Below, one piece after another: positions 1 through 15,898 of a DNA stretch of 64,000 nt. Origin of the DNA: the human T2T-CHM13v2.0 reference genome, Homo sapiens. A program made the position numbers and the translations under genes. Positions within the stretch are counted from its first letter, which is position 1. Every line of letters begins with the position of its first letter. The notes beneath the pieces are model-generated. The model did not search any database. It saw only the letters and a list, made by a program, of their open reading frames with translations, and was not told where the DNA came from. Location of the stretch: NCBI RefSeq assembly GCF_009914755.1, contig NC_060947.1; one strand, written 5' to 3'.

Positions 1-658
1 AAAGCTTTGAATTATTATTATATCATTTATTATTTTCTTTGTGCTATGATATACACTGTAAAAATCTTGCCTCATTTACTCCTTTCAACACCTCTTTAGG
101 TCTAAGGCAGGAACTTGATTTAATTCAAGTTTTGAAATATTACTATAGCTTCAATGTAAATACCTCACAGAAAACAAAACAAAACAAAGCAAAACTGAAG
201 TTCAGAGAGGTTAACTTGCCTGTGTTCACAAAGCCAGTAAGCCAGTAAGCTACATAGCCAGGACTGGAATCTAGCCCTGATTTCAAAGCCTCTTAACTGA
301 ACTTGAAAGATGGCAGTGGGAGGTGAAAAGATTTTGAGAAAATACTATAAGGGATGAGTGGAAGCTAGACATTATTGAAGATACTCTAAATAAATGTTGT
401 TTCTTCTCCTATTTTCGACCTTAGTAAAAATGTTCTTAAGGAAAATCTAAACCTAGTCAATAACCTGAGGGAGCCAAGGAATGTAATATAAGCCCAATGA
501 GAGCAAAGACTATTTCTTCTTTACCACTGTATTCCCTGTGACTAGAACAGTGCCTAGCATATAGCAGGCCCTCAACAAATAATTATTACTTTTATGTATA
601 AAATACATCAAAACATATATGGTAAAAAAAAAAGACCTAGTCATATTTTTAGATTCTT

Positions 659-3600
659 TTTACTTAGAGTTCTTTTTTTTTCTTCTCTTCAACTTTTATT
701 TTAAATTTAGGGGGACATGTGCAGGATGTGCAGATTTGTTACATGGGTAAACATGTGCCACGGTGGTTTGCTGCACAGATCATCCCATCACCTAGGTATT
801 AAGCCCAGCATCCATTAGCTATTCTTCCTGATGCTCTGACAACTCTAGTAAGAGTTGTTTGTTTGTTTATTTTTTTCTTGTAAATTTGTTTAATTTCCTT
901 GTAGACTCTGGATATTAGACCTTTGTCAGATGGATAGCTTGCCAACATTTTTATCCCATTCTGTAGGTTGTCTGTTCACTCTGTTGATCCTTTCTTTTGC
1001 CATGCCGAAGCTCTTCAGTTTAATTAGATCCCATTTGTCAATTTTTGCTTTTGTTGCAATTGCTTTTGGCATTTTAGTCATGAAATCTTTGCCCATTTCT
1101 ATGTCCTGAATGATATTGCCCAGATTTTCTTTTAGGGTTTTTATAGTTTTGGGTTTTACATTTAAGTCTTTAATCCATCCTGAGTTATTTTTTGTATATG
1201 GTGTATGGAAGGTGTCCAATTTCAATTTTCTGCATATGGCTAGCCAGTTCTCCCAGCACCATTTATTAAATAGGGAATCGTTTCCCCATTGCTTGTTTTT
1301 GTCAGGTTTGTTGAAAATCAGATGGTTGTAGGTGTGCAGTCTTATTTCTGAGTTCTCTATTCTGTTCCATTGGTCTATGTGTCTGTTCTTGTACTGGTAC
1401 CATGCTGTTACTGTAATCTTGTAGTATAGTTTGAAGTTGGATAGCATGAGGCCTCCAGCTTTGTTCTTTTTGCTTAGGATTGTCTTGGCTATTTGGGCTC
1501 TTTTTTGGTTCTATATAAATTTTAAAATAGTTTTTTTTTTCTAATTTTGTGAAGAATGTCAATGGTAGTTTAATGAGAGTAGTGTTGAATCTATAAATTA
1601 CTTTGTGCAGTATGGCCATTTTCAAGATATTGATTCTTCCTATCCATGAGCATGGAATGTTTCTCCATTTCTTTGTGTCCTCTCTGATTTCCTTGAGCAG
1701 TGGTCTGTAGTTCTTCTTGAAGAGGTCCCTCACTTCCCTTGTTAGCTGTATTCCTAGGTGTCTTATTCATTTTGTAGCAATTGTGAATGGGAATTAATTC
1801 ATGATTTGGCTCTCTGCTTGCCTGTTGTTGGTGTATAGCAATGCTAGCAATTTTTGCACATTGATTCTATATCTTGAGACTTTGCTGAAGTTGTTTATCA
1901 GCTTAAGAGCTTAAGGAGCTTTTGGGCCGAGATGATGGGGTTTTCTAGATATAGGATCATGTCATCTGCAAACAAAGATAATTTGACTTCCTCTCTTCCT
2001 ATTTGAATACCTTTATTTCCTTCTCTTGCCTGATTGCCCTGGACAGAGCTTCCAATACTATGTTGAATAGGAGTGGTAAGAGGGGGTATCCTTGTCTTGT
2101 GCCAGTTTTCAAGGGGAATGCTTCTAGCTTTTGCCCATTCAGTATACTATTGGCTGTGGGTTTGTCATAAATGGCTGTTATTATTTTGAGGTATGTTTCT
2201 TCAATATCTGGTTTATTGAGAGATTTTAACGTGAAGGGATGTTGAATTTTATTGAAGGCCTTTTCTGCATCTATTGAGATAATCTTGTGGTTTTTGTCTT
2301 TAGTTCTGTATATGTGATGAGTCACGTTTATTGATTTGTGTACGTTGAACCAACGTTGTAACCTGGGGATGAAGCTGACTTGATCATGGTGGATGAACTT
2401 TTTGATGTGCTACTGTATTTTATTGAGGATTTTTGCATTGATGTTCACCAAGGATATTGGCCTAACGTTTTCTTTTTTTTGTTGTATCTCTGCCAGGATT
2501 TGGTATCAGGATGATGCTGACCTCATAAAATGAGTTCAGGAGGAGTCCCTCCTTTTCAATTGTTTGGAATAGTTTCAGTAGAAACAGTACCAACTCTTCT
2601 TTGTACCTCTGGTAGAATTCAGCTGTGAACCTGTGTGGTCCTGGGCTTTTTGGTTGGTAGGCTCTTTGTCAAAGTCTTAATTTCAGAACTCATTATTGGT
2701 CTATTCAAGGATTCAATTTCTTCCTGGTTCAGTCTTGGGAGGGTGTATGTGACCAGAAATTTATCGAATTTTTTCTGGATTTTCTAGTTTATGTTCATAG
2801 AGGTGTTTATAGTATTCTTTGATGGTTGTTTGTATTTCTGTGGGGTCAGTGGTGATATCCCTCTTATTTCTGATTGTGTTTAGAGTGTTTCAAGGTTTTT
2901 TCATGTCTCTATCTCCTTCACTTCAGCTCTGATCTTTGTTATTTCTTGTCCTCTGCTAGCTTTGGAATTTGGTTGCTCTTAGTTCTCTAGTTCTTTTATA
3001 TATATGTGTGTGTGTATATATATATATGTGTGTGTATATATATATATGTATAAAATACTTGAAGTTCTAGGGTACATGTGCACAATGTGCACGTTTGTTA
3101 CATATGTATACATGTGCCATGTTGGTGTGCCTCACCCATTAACTCGAACCTGATGTAAATGACGAGTTCTCTAGTTCTTTTAGTTGAGATGTTAGGTTGC
3201 TAACTTTAGATCTTTCTAGATTTCTGATGTGGGCATTTAGTGGTATAAATTTCCCTCTTAACACTGCTTGAGCTGCATCGCAGAGATTCTGGTACGTTGT
3301 CTCTTTGTTCTCATTAGTTTCAAAGAACTTCTTGATTTCTGCCTTAATTTCACTATTTACTCAACAGTCATTCAGGAGCATATTGTTCAATTTACACGCA
3401 GTTTTGTGGTTTTGAGTGAATTTCTTAATCTTGAGTACTAATTTGATTGTGCTGTGGTCTGAAAGACTGTTATGATTTCAGTTCTTTTGCATTTGTTGAG
3501 GGGTATTTTACTGCCAATTATATGATCAATTTTAGAGTAACTGCCATGTGATGATGAGAAGAATGTATTATGTTGTTTTGAGGTGGAGAGTTCTATAGAT

Positions 3601-6600
3601 ATCAGGTCCACTTGATCTAGAGCTGAGTTCAGGTAGTAAATATCTTTGTTAATTTTCTATCTTGATGATCTGTCTAATATTGCCAGTGGGGTGTTAAAGT
3701 TTCCCACTATTATTGTTTGAGAGTCTAAGTCTCTTTGTAGGTCTCTAAGAATTTGCCTTATGAATCTGGGTGCTTCTGTATTAGTTGTATGTATATTTAG
3801 GATAGTTAGCTCCTCTTGTTGAATTGAACCCTTTACCATTGTGTAATGCCCTTTTTTGTCTTTTTTGATCTTTGTTGATTTAAAGTCTGTTTTGTCAGAA
3901 AATAGGATTGCAACCCCTGCTTTTTTCTGTTTTCCATTTGCTTGTAAATTTTCCTTCATCCCTTTATTTTGAGCCTATGTGTGTCTTTGCACATGAGATG
4001 GGTCACTTGAAGACAGCAATACCAATGGGTCTTGGCTCTTTATCCAGTTTGCCATTCTGTGTGTCTTTTAATTGAGTCATTTAGCCCATTTACATTTAAG
4101 ATTAGCATGTGTGAGTTTGTTAGTTATATGTGAGTTTGATCCTGTCATCTTGATGATAGCTGGTTATTTTGTAGACTTGTTTATGTGGTTGCTTCATAGT
4201 GTCACTGGTTTGTGTACTTCAGTGTGTTTTGTAGTGGCCAGTAACAGTTTTTCCTTTCCATATTTAGTGCTTCCTTCAGGAGCTTTTGAAAGGCAGGTCT
4301 GGTGGTAATGAATTCCAGCTTTTTCTTGTCTGAAGAGGATCTTATTTCTCCTTCACTTACGAAGCTTAGTTTGGCCAGATATAATTTTCTGGGTTGGAAT
4401 TTCTTTTCTTTAAGTACGTTGAATATTGTCCCCCAGTCTCTTCTGGCTTGTAGGGTTTCTGCTGAGAGGTCTGCTATTAGTCTGATGGTTTTCACTTTGT
4501 CAGTGACCTGACCTTTCTCTCTGGTTGCCCTTAACATTTTTTCTTTTATTTCAACCTTGCAGAATCTGATGATTATGTGTCTTGGGGTTGATCTTCTCAT
4601 GGAGTATCTTACTGGGGTTCTCTGCATTTCCTGAATTTGAATGTTGGCCTGTCTTGCTATTTTGGGAACATTCTCCTGGATGATTTCCTGAACTATGTTT
4701 TCCAGCTTGGTTCCATTCTCCCTGTCTCTTTTAGGTTCCCCAGTCGTAGGTTCAGTTTCTTTACATAATCCCATATTTCATGGAGGTTTTGTTCATTCCT
4801 TTCATTTTTTTTCTCTATTCTTGTCTGCCTGTCTTATTTCAGAAAGATAGTCTTGAAGCACTGAGATTTTTTCCTCCTCTTGGTATATTCTGTTATTGCT
4901 ACTTGTGATTGCATTGTGAAGTTCTCGTGTTGTGTTTTTCAGCTCCATCAGGTTGGCTGTGTTCCTCTCTAAACTGGCTCTTCTGGCTATCAGCTCCTGT
5001 ATTGTTTTATCATGATTCTTCGCTTCTTTGCACTGGGTTACAACATGCTCCTTTAGCTCAGCAAAGTTTATTATTATCCACCTTCTGAAGCCCACTTCCA
5101 TCTATTCAGCCATCTCAGCCTCAGCCCAGTTCTGTGCCTTTGCTGGAGAGGTGTTGCAGTCATTTGGAGAAGAGGCACTCTGACTTTTTGAGTTTTCAGC
5201 ATTTTTACGTTGATTCTTTCTTATCTTTGTGGGCTTCTCTTCCTTTGATCTTTGAGGTTACTGACCTTTGAATTAGATTTTTGTGGGGTTTTTTGTTGAT
5301 GTTGTTATTGTTGTTGTTTTCTGTTTGTTTTCCTTTTAACAGTCAGGCCACTGTACCGTAGGACTGCTGTGGTTTGCTGGTGGTCCACTCCAGACTCCAG
5401 TTGCCTCGGTTTCTCCAGTACCTTGAGTTATCACCAGTGAAGGCCATGAAACAGCAAACATGACAGCCAGCTCCTTCCTCTGGAAGCTCTGTCCCAGGGG
5501 GGTACTGACCTGTTGCCAGCCCACATGTGCCTGTAGGAAGGAGCTAGAGACCCCCATTGTGAGGTCTTAGTCAGGAAGAATGGGATCAGAAGCCCACCGA
5601 AAGAAGCAGTCTGGCTGCTTTTTGGTAGAGCAGGTGTGTTGTATTTCGGGGGGACCCTTCCTTGTCCAAACCACCTGTATTCTTAACAGCCAGCAGGCTG
5701 GAGTGGCTGAGTCAACCAAACCTCAGAGATGGAGGCCACCCTTTCCCCCAGGAGATCCGTCCCAGGGAGAGATCAGAGCTCTATCCGTAGAACCCTGGCT
5801 GCAGTGGCTGAAGCCGCCACTGGGAGATCCTGCCCAGTGAGGAGGAATGGATCAGGGTCCCACTTAAAGAAGTAGTCTGGCACTGATCTGGCAAGGCAGC
5901 TGTGCTGCGCTGTGGGGAACCCTTCCCCATCCAGGCCATCTGTATTCTCCAAAGTTGGCAGGTTGGAATGGCTGAGTCTACGGATCAGCAGAGATGGTGG
6001 CCGCCCCTCCCCACAGGAGTTCAGTCCTGTCTCAGGCAGACTCCAGCCTGTTGCCTTTGGCTGGCTTGAATTCCAAGCCAGTGCATCTTAATGTGTGAGG
6101 TGCTGTGGAAGTGGGGCCCACAGAACTGCTTGGCTCCCTGGAATCACCCCCCTTCCTAGGGACATGTATGGATGGACTTGCCAGTGATCCTGGGTCTGGA
6201 GTATGCATTATAAAACTCTTGGGTTTCTGTGTGTGCCTGAGTGGCTGCTCTGCTGAGACTCCACACAGCTCTGTGTATTGGACCCAAGGTCCTGGTGGTG
6301 TGGGGTCACAAGGTGATCTCCTGATCCATGGGTTGCATAGATCTGTGGGAGAAACGTGGTTTCCTGGGGCAGGGTCACACAATCACTCACAGCTTCCCTT
6401 GGCTGGGGGTGGAGGGTTCCTTTGGCTGCATGTCACTCCCGGGTGGGCCGTCATCCCTCTCTACTTTTCTTCATTCTCTGTAGGTCAAGTTGTTTGCCTA
6501 GTCAGTCCCAATGGGAGAACCTGGATATTTCAGTTGAAGGTGCTGAATTCACTCACCCCTTTCATTCCTCTCCATTAGTGCTGCAGACTGAAGCTGCTTC

Positions 6601-6623
6601 TAATCGACCATCTTGGCCCCTCC
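659..6623 (-). mobile_element. Near full-length LINE-1 (L1PA8-L1PA13-era), ORF1/ORF2 disrupted, ~700 bp deletion at the 3' end
   Basis: ORF track shows L1 ORF2 pieces (926-1447, 1302-1733, 1999-2325, 3657-3959) and ORF1 pieces (4202-4774, 4802-5101). The 5' end reads GGGAGGGGCCAAGATGG on the minus strand. 17-bp TSD CATATTTTTAGATTCTT at 642-658 and 6624-6640. Confidence 0.95.
2999..3164 (-). mobile_element. Tiny young L1PA 3'-end insertion (~110 bp plus TA/TG-decayed tail) nested in the older L1
   Basis: L1PA3-5-type 3' terminus (gaagttctagggtacatgtgcacaatgtg...cccattaactcg). 18-bp TSD AGTTCTCTAGTTCTTTTA at 2981-2998 and 3165-3182. Confidence 0.9.
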
Positions 6624-6918
6624 CATATTTTTAGATTCTTATGAAATAGAGTGTTAGCTAATGCATATTAGGTAGTTCCTGAAATGGTTTCAGTGAATTA
6701 TGTGTGCATATAAATGTGAAGCATCTAAATGATAGGTTGGTCTATTTAGTCCAGTTGCCGGTGTCAATAGGAGAATGGTAACTCTATTAATTTGTGTAAA
6801 CAGTGCAATTGTGGTGACTATCTGGGGATTAGATACTGGGAACCTATTGACTGACAAATGTATAAGGTAGGGCTATTATTTCTTTACTTTTTTTGGCTTA
6901 TAGCAAGCTTCCCAGTAG

Positions 6919-7407
<489 letters not shown>

Positions 7408-7464
7408 TAATGATTTATTATACTATTTGTGTTCATACAACAAAGAGCACTCCCTGTTTGCTGA

Positions 7465-7600
7465 GGTAGTATAGTACAAGAACATTGGATTTGGAGTAAG
7501 AAGACTTTGGTTCTACTACTTACTGTGTGACTTTGAGCAAACCATTGACTCCCTCTATGGAATAATAACATCTTCCGTCTCTCATAGGATACTAGGAATG
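7465..7600. mobile_element. MIR fragment
   Basis: Degenerate MIR core (ggttctactacttactgtgtgactttgagcaa). Confidence 0.55.
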
Positions 7601-7619
7601 TCAAAAGGAAGTCATAGGT

Positions 7620-9780
7620 GTTTGTTCACTCATTCCTTTCAAAGATACTTATTGAGTTGCTACTTTATGCCACGTATGGTATATTAGATATTGGATATAT
7701 TATAGCGGCAAACAAAACAGATAGTGTCTCTGACCCTGATGTAATTCATAGTCTAATGGCAGAGCCAGCAAATATATAAGTAAATATGTACTTACAAAGG
7801 GCTATGAATGGTGGTTACCAGAGGCTGGGAAGGGTCGTAGGGAGAGGGGTCACGAAGAGGGGTTGGTTAATGGATACCAACATATAGTTAGATATAAGGA
7901 ATAAGTTCTAGTGTTTGATAGCACAATAGAGTGACTATCATTAACAATAATTGATTGTATATTTCAAAAAGGCTAGAAGACAAGATTTGCAATGTTCTCA
8001 ACACAAAGAAATGATAAATGTTTGAGGTGATGAATATCTTAATTACCCATATCCAACCATTACACACTGTATGCTTGTATCAAAATATCACATGTACTCC
8101 AAAAATATAATATGTACAACTATTATGTATCCATTAAATTAAAAAAGAAACCAAAGGGCTATGAAGAGTGCTGTGAGAGAATAATAGGGGAGGGTCTGCT
8201 TTAATTAGAATGAACAGAGAAGGTTTTGCTGAGTAGGTAGCATTGTTACTGAGACATAGGATGAGAGGGGCGTTGGGAGGGGGGCACATACCAGGTGATG
8301 GAAAAGCCTATGTGAAAGTCTTGAAGCAAGGAAGAGCGTGGGATGTTGGAGGAACTAGAAAAAGAGCACTGTGACTGGAAAGTAGTTAGTAAGGGGGAAA
8401 GTTAGGCAAGATGAGATTGTAAAGGCAGGGGGATCCATGGCTTCTTCACCAAAGTTCGCAGTAGAGTTTGGATTCTGTTCTAAGTGAAAAGTCCTAAAAC
8501 AGGAAAGAGTTTGGCATGTTCAAGGTACAAAAGGATGCCAGTGTGACTAGAGCCTAGTATGAGTAGAGGGCATGTTGGTGGGACAAGAAGTTTGAATTTT
8601 GACCTAAGTAAAATGGGAAGACATTGGAGGGTTTTAAGATTTTATAGAAACAATTAGTGCAGATGTAGATTTTTGAAGAAGATTCCTCTAGCTGATGTGT
8701 GGAAAAGGGAGAATCAAGAAGTGAAACTAGAATAGTTGGATGTTCTTTCTTTCCAGGTAAAGAAGGTGATGGCATTGGACTAATGTGGTAGTAGTGAAGG
8801 GGAAATGATGTAAAGGGGTTCAAGGTATATCTTGAACATACAGCTGAGAGAACAAGCTTTCTGGTATTGGTATCCAGGTATATAATCTATCTACTGATGT
8901 GGGGGAAATTTGGGGGGGTCAGTTTTTGAGACTAGGGAGGTGTAGAAATCAAGACTTTAGTTTTGATGAAGTTTGCTTCTGAGAAGTTTAATAAAATGAG
9001 GAGCAAATAGTATCCATTTGTTTATTTTTACAGCTTGGAATGCATTGATCTTTTATAAGAGCAGTTTCAGTGGCATGGTAGGATGGAACAGTTTAAGATA
9101 GGAGATACTGGAGTTTAAATGCCTGAGGATAATCTATAGAGTAGAGATTGCTGATGCAGGAGAGAGATGCAATAAACAAAAATATAAAGTCTTTGAAAGG
9201 GGTTGGGAGAAGAAATGGGATATAGAGCACAAATGGAAGATTTGGCCTTTGAGAGGGACAGGAGCAGTTCATCCACTCTAACAGGAGGAAAGAAGAGGAG
9301 AAAATGTGTGTAGGTGGAGATCACCTGATGAATTTGGTGGTGGGAAGTGAGGTGTGCCCACCTCTGATGATACCCTTCTCAATTAAGTATGGGGCAAGAT
9401 CGTCAGGGCAGAGAGCAGAGGAGAGTGATGAAAGTTTTGAAGAGAGAAAATAGTTGTCCTGGAAAGCAGGCTTGATAAAGTTGTAGATTTCAAACAAGCA
9501 GCATTTAGTACCTGTTTGAGATCTGTGATTATGAGTTTAAGTACAACCTGTCACCGAGATTGTGTGATTGCTTCTAGCAACATTTAGCTGCTCAGGTGCA
9601 AATTCAGAGCAGTCAAATGACTGAATTTATCCAGGGTCAAGGACTTGCCAGGCTAGGGCAAGCAAGTTGAGGAAGTGATTACAATGGCAAACCACTGAAA
9701 ATCCTGCATAAGGAGGGAAGAGGTTGACAGATAGTGACAAAGTGGCAAGCTTAATAGATTGGAGTCTTGATGAAGTTCAT
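7620..9780 (-). mobile_element. Degenerate L2 (LINE-2) region, interrupted by an L1MA fragment
   Basis: Reverse L2 3' end (cattcctttcaaagatacttattgagttgctactttatgcc) followed by purine-rich L2-like body. Confidence 0.6.
7809..8151 (+). mobile_element. L1MA-type 3' fragment
   Basis: ggtggttaccagaggctgggaaggg...aataagttctagtgtttgatagcacaatag...A-rich tail. TSD CAAAGGGCTATGAA at 7795-7808 and 8152-8165. Confidence 0.85.
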
Positions 9781-10266
9781 TTACTCATTTAACAAAGAAT
9801 TTGAAAGATAGAAATTATAATACTCGGTATTGACTGGGGATAAGGGAAAATTAGAAACGGTAAAGGGATCATTAGGGACATGTTTTTGGCACAGATTAAA
9901 AAAAGGGATTCTAAATTTCTCAATATATTTCATATCTGACTACACAATCTTTCATCTTACACTTTTAGTAGATTTCTAGCTTAAATACTCCCAACAGAAA
10001 GTAGCTTTACTGTTAAACAAATTCACCATTCTTGTCTTTGACCTTTAACCTGTGGCCTCCGTGGAAGTGGTCCAGGAAATAATCTTAGAATTAATTGCTT
10101 AAACTTTCCAACTATCTTGTTGAGTTACTGCCAGTCCATAAATATCTTAAGAAATAAAAAAGATATAGTGCTTAAAATGTGTATGAAAGTGTTAGAGAAT
10201 ATTATATTGCTATAATCATAGAAGCAGCTTTCATTTCATATGATTTATTATTAAGAACAAAGTCCA

Positions 10267-12388
<2,122 letters not shown>

Positions 12389-12525
12389 AAGAACAAAGTC
12401 CATCCTTGATTTTGGATAACACTCTCAGGTATAAACGTATTTTCTCATTTCACTTAACAAATGTTCATAAACTTCTGCTATGTGCTAGGCTAAATGCTAG
12501 AGATAGAATAGAAAATAAAACAATA

Positions 12526-12820
12526 GGCTGGGCGCGGTGGCTCACGCCTGGAATCCCAGCACTTTGGGAGGCCGAGTTGGGCAGATCACCTGAGGTCGGG
12601 AGTTCGAGACCAGCCTGGCCAACATGGAGAAACCCCGTCTCTACTAAAAATACAAAATTAGCCTGGCATGTGGTGCATGCCTGTAATCCCAGCTACTCGG
12701 GAGGCTGAGGCAGGAGAATTGCTTGAACTGGGAGGCAGAGGTTGGCGGTGAGCCGAGATCACACCATTGCACTCTAGCCTGGGCAACGAGGGAAACTCCA
12801 TCTCAAAAACAAACAAGCAA
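12526..12820 (+). mobile_element. AluS (AluSp/Sq-like)
   Basis: ggctgggcgcggtggctcacgcc...gaggtcgggagttcgagaccagcctggccaacatggagaaacccc...tctcaaaaac. Confidence 0.93.
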
Positions 12821-13173
12821 TCAAAAAGACAGTAAAGGTCCCTCCCCTCAGGAATCTTACATTCCTATGCGGAGACCTTATGATTGTGTCCAGAAGGTAT
12901 CATTACCTTCTTTTACAGATGACAAAAGTGAAGCTCAGATTACTCAAGTCAAACTAGAAGCTAGGTCTTCAGATCCTCAGTTTTGTCTGTCTTCTGTAAT
13001 GCATTGTTTCCTTTTTAGCATGATAATACCTACCTTTAGTGATCATTTTTGGATAAATCTGAAGGATTTGGACCACATATTTTCCCCATGTGTCTGAATT
13101 CATTCCAGTTGTATATGTGGTGGAGGGGGACTATCTTGAGAAAGTTCTCCACTATTATTTACATCATTAGAAT

Positions 13174-13199
13174 CTATATATATATATATATATATATAT
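13174..13199. repeat. (TA)n microsatellite
   Basis: tatatatata run. Confidence 0.9.
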
Positions 13200-13889
13200 T
13201 GCACTTTGTGATTTAAATTATGCTGCAATAGGTAAGGAGGGTGAGAGGGAGACAAACCTCACAACAAAATACCTGTTCCCCTGTCCCATTATTCATGTCT
13301 CCGTTACTCATTCTGTCCTAGGAGCTCATTCTGTCTCTCCATCTCACTGTCACTTAGGTGATAATCTACTCCATTATCCACTGATCTCCTTGCCCACCAT
13401 CTAACCTACTGCCAATTTAGGCAAAATTACCCTTGTCTTTCCCTCCTAATTTCTCAAGCTCACCATTTGTCAGATATATGCCTTGTCTGTGCCTCTCAGG
13501 TAACTCAGTATTTGAGGAAATCTAGGTCTACAGCTGACCTCACAAATTCCACCTGTGCAGTACTGTGTGCACATCAAGTGTTCAAATGCTATTTCCTGAC
13601 TAAAACCTATATTGAGGCATTTTTGAGCCTTTCACAATGCTCCTTAGTCCTATTAATCTAATCTTCAGAAATCTCTGTCACATACTTTTCTATTACTACT
13701 GCCAGCACTCTAAGTCAGACCACCTGCAATGCATATACCATCAACTCCTTTTCTCTCCCTCACTTCTTTTTATTCACTTGGCAAAGTCAAAATCACAATT
13801 CTAATAACATTCTGCCTCCTTGGTGCTTTTACCCATGCAATAAAAGTGGCTGGAAAAAAACAGATGACTACACTGCCTGATCTCACTTT

Positions 13890-15622
13890 ATGTATATATG
13901 TATGTATGTATGCATGCATTTATGTATTTTAGATTCAGGGGGGACATGTGCAGTTTTCTTATATAGGTATATTGCAGGATGCTGAGGCCTGGGGTATGAT
14001 TTATCCCATCACTTAGGTAGCGAGCATAGTACTCAATAGTTTTTCAACCCCTGCGCTCCTCCCTCCCCCAGCATTCAGTAGTCCCCAGTGTCTATTGTGG
14101 CCATCTTTAGTTCCATGTGTACCCAATGTTTCACTGTCACTACAAGTGAGAACACGTGGTATTTGGTTTTCTGTTCCTGCATTAGTTTGCTTAGGATAAT
14201 GGCCTCCAACTGCATCCATGTTGTTGCAAAAGGCATGATTTCATTCTTTTTTATGGCTACATAGTATTCCGTGGTGTATAGGTACCACATTTTCTTTACC
14301 CAATCCACTGTTGATGGGCACCTGGGTTGAGTCCATGTCTTAGCTATTGTGAATAGTGCTGCAATGAATATATGTGTGCATTTGTCTTTTTGGTAGAATG
14401 ATTTATTTTTCTTTGGGTATATACCCAGTAATAAGATTGCTGGGTTGAATGGTAATTCTATTTTGATTTCTTTGAGAAGTCTTCTAACTGCATTTCACAG
14501 GGGCTGAACTAATTTGCATTCCCACCAACAGTGTATAAGTGTTCACTTTTCTCTGCAATCTCACCAACATGTTTGTTTGCTTACTTTATAATAAAAGCTA
14601 TTCCGATTGGTGTGAGATGATACCTTATTGTGGATTTGATTTGCATTTTTCTGGTGATTAGTGATGTTGAGCATTTTTTCATGTTTATTGGCTACTTCTT
14701 TTGAGAAGTGTCTGTTCATGTCCTTTGCCCACTTTTTAATGGAGTTACTTGTTTTCTTTTCTTAAATTCCTTATGGATTCTAGATATTAGTCTTTTGTTG
14801 GATGCATATTTTGCAGATATTTTCTCTCATTCTGTAGGTTGTCTGTTTACTCTGTTGGTAGTTTCTTTCACTGTGCAGAAGCTCTTTTGTTTAAGTCTCA
14901 TGTGTCTATTTTTCATTTTGTTGCATTTGCTGTTGGGATCTTCATCATAAATTCCTTGCCTAGGCCAATGTCTAGAAGAGTATTTCCTAGGTTTTCTTCT
15001 AGGATTTTATAGTGGGACATCTTACATTTAAGTCTTTAAGCCATCTTGATTTAATTTTTGTACATGGTGAAAGGTAGGGAGTCAAGTTTCATTCTTCTGC
15101 ATATGGTTAGCCAGTTGTCCCAGCACCATTTATTGAATAGGGTATCCTTTCTCTCCTGTTTACTTTTGTCAACTTTGTCAAAGATCAGTTGGTTGTAGGT
15201 ATGCAGCTTCATTTCAGGGGTCTCTATTCTGTTCCATTGGCCTGTGGGTCTGTTTTTGTACCATGCTGTTTTGGTTACTGTAGCTTTGTAGTACAGTTTT
15301 AAGTCAGGTAATGTGATGCCTCTAGCTTTCTTTTTGCTTAGGATTGCCTTGGCTATTCAAGCTGTTTTTTGGTTCCATATGAAGCTTTGAATAGCTTTTT
15401 TTCTAATTCTGTGAAAAATGATATTGGTAATTTGATAGGAATAGCATTGACTCTGTAGATTGCTTTGGGCACTGTGGACATTTTAACAATATTGATTCTT
15501 CTAGCCCATGAGCATGGAATGCTTTTTTGTTTGCTTGTGTCATCTCTGAATTCCTTTAGTAGTATTTTGTAGGTCTCCTCATAGAGATATTTTACCTTCT
15601 TGGTTAGCTGTACTCCTAGGTA

Positions 15623-15665
<43 letters not shown>

Positions 15666-15898
15666 TGTAAATGGAATTGCATTCTTGATTTGGCTCTCAG
15701 CTTGAACATTATTAGTGTGTGGAAATGCTACTGATCTTTGTGCATTGATTTTGTATCCTGAGACTTTGCTGAGGTCTTATCAGATCTAGGAGTCTTTTGG
15801 CAGAATCTTTAGAGTTTTCTAGGTATTGAATCATATTGTCAGCAACAAGAGATAATTTGACTTACTCTTTTTCTATTGGGATGCCTTTTATTTCTTTC
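13890..15898 (-). mobile_element. 5'-truncated L1PA15/16-L1PB-type element containing (TG)n at ~15625-15663
   Basis: ORF2 C-terminal pieces (14075-14308, 15353-15709) and an older-type 3'UTR. Probable TSD TCTCACTTT at ~13881 and ~15899. Confidence 0.9.

Noticed and set aside
659-690. Short non-A sequence in the L1 tail as a 3' transduction
   Set aside because: Only ~15 nt; indistinguishable from tail decay.
5336-6634. Cluster of 70-157 aa ORFs on both strands, and internal repeats near 5600-6010
   Set aside because: They lie in the GC-rich 5'UTR of the old L1; chance ORFs and normal UTR repeat structure.
6802-6866. Plus-strand exon-like segment (aaacag...aag|gtaggg)
   Set aside because: Weak polypyrimidine tract and no recognisable peptide; cannot be supported.
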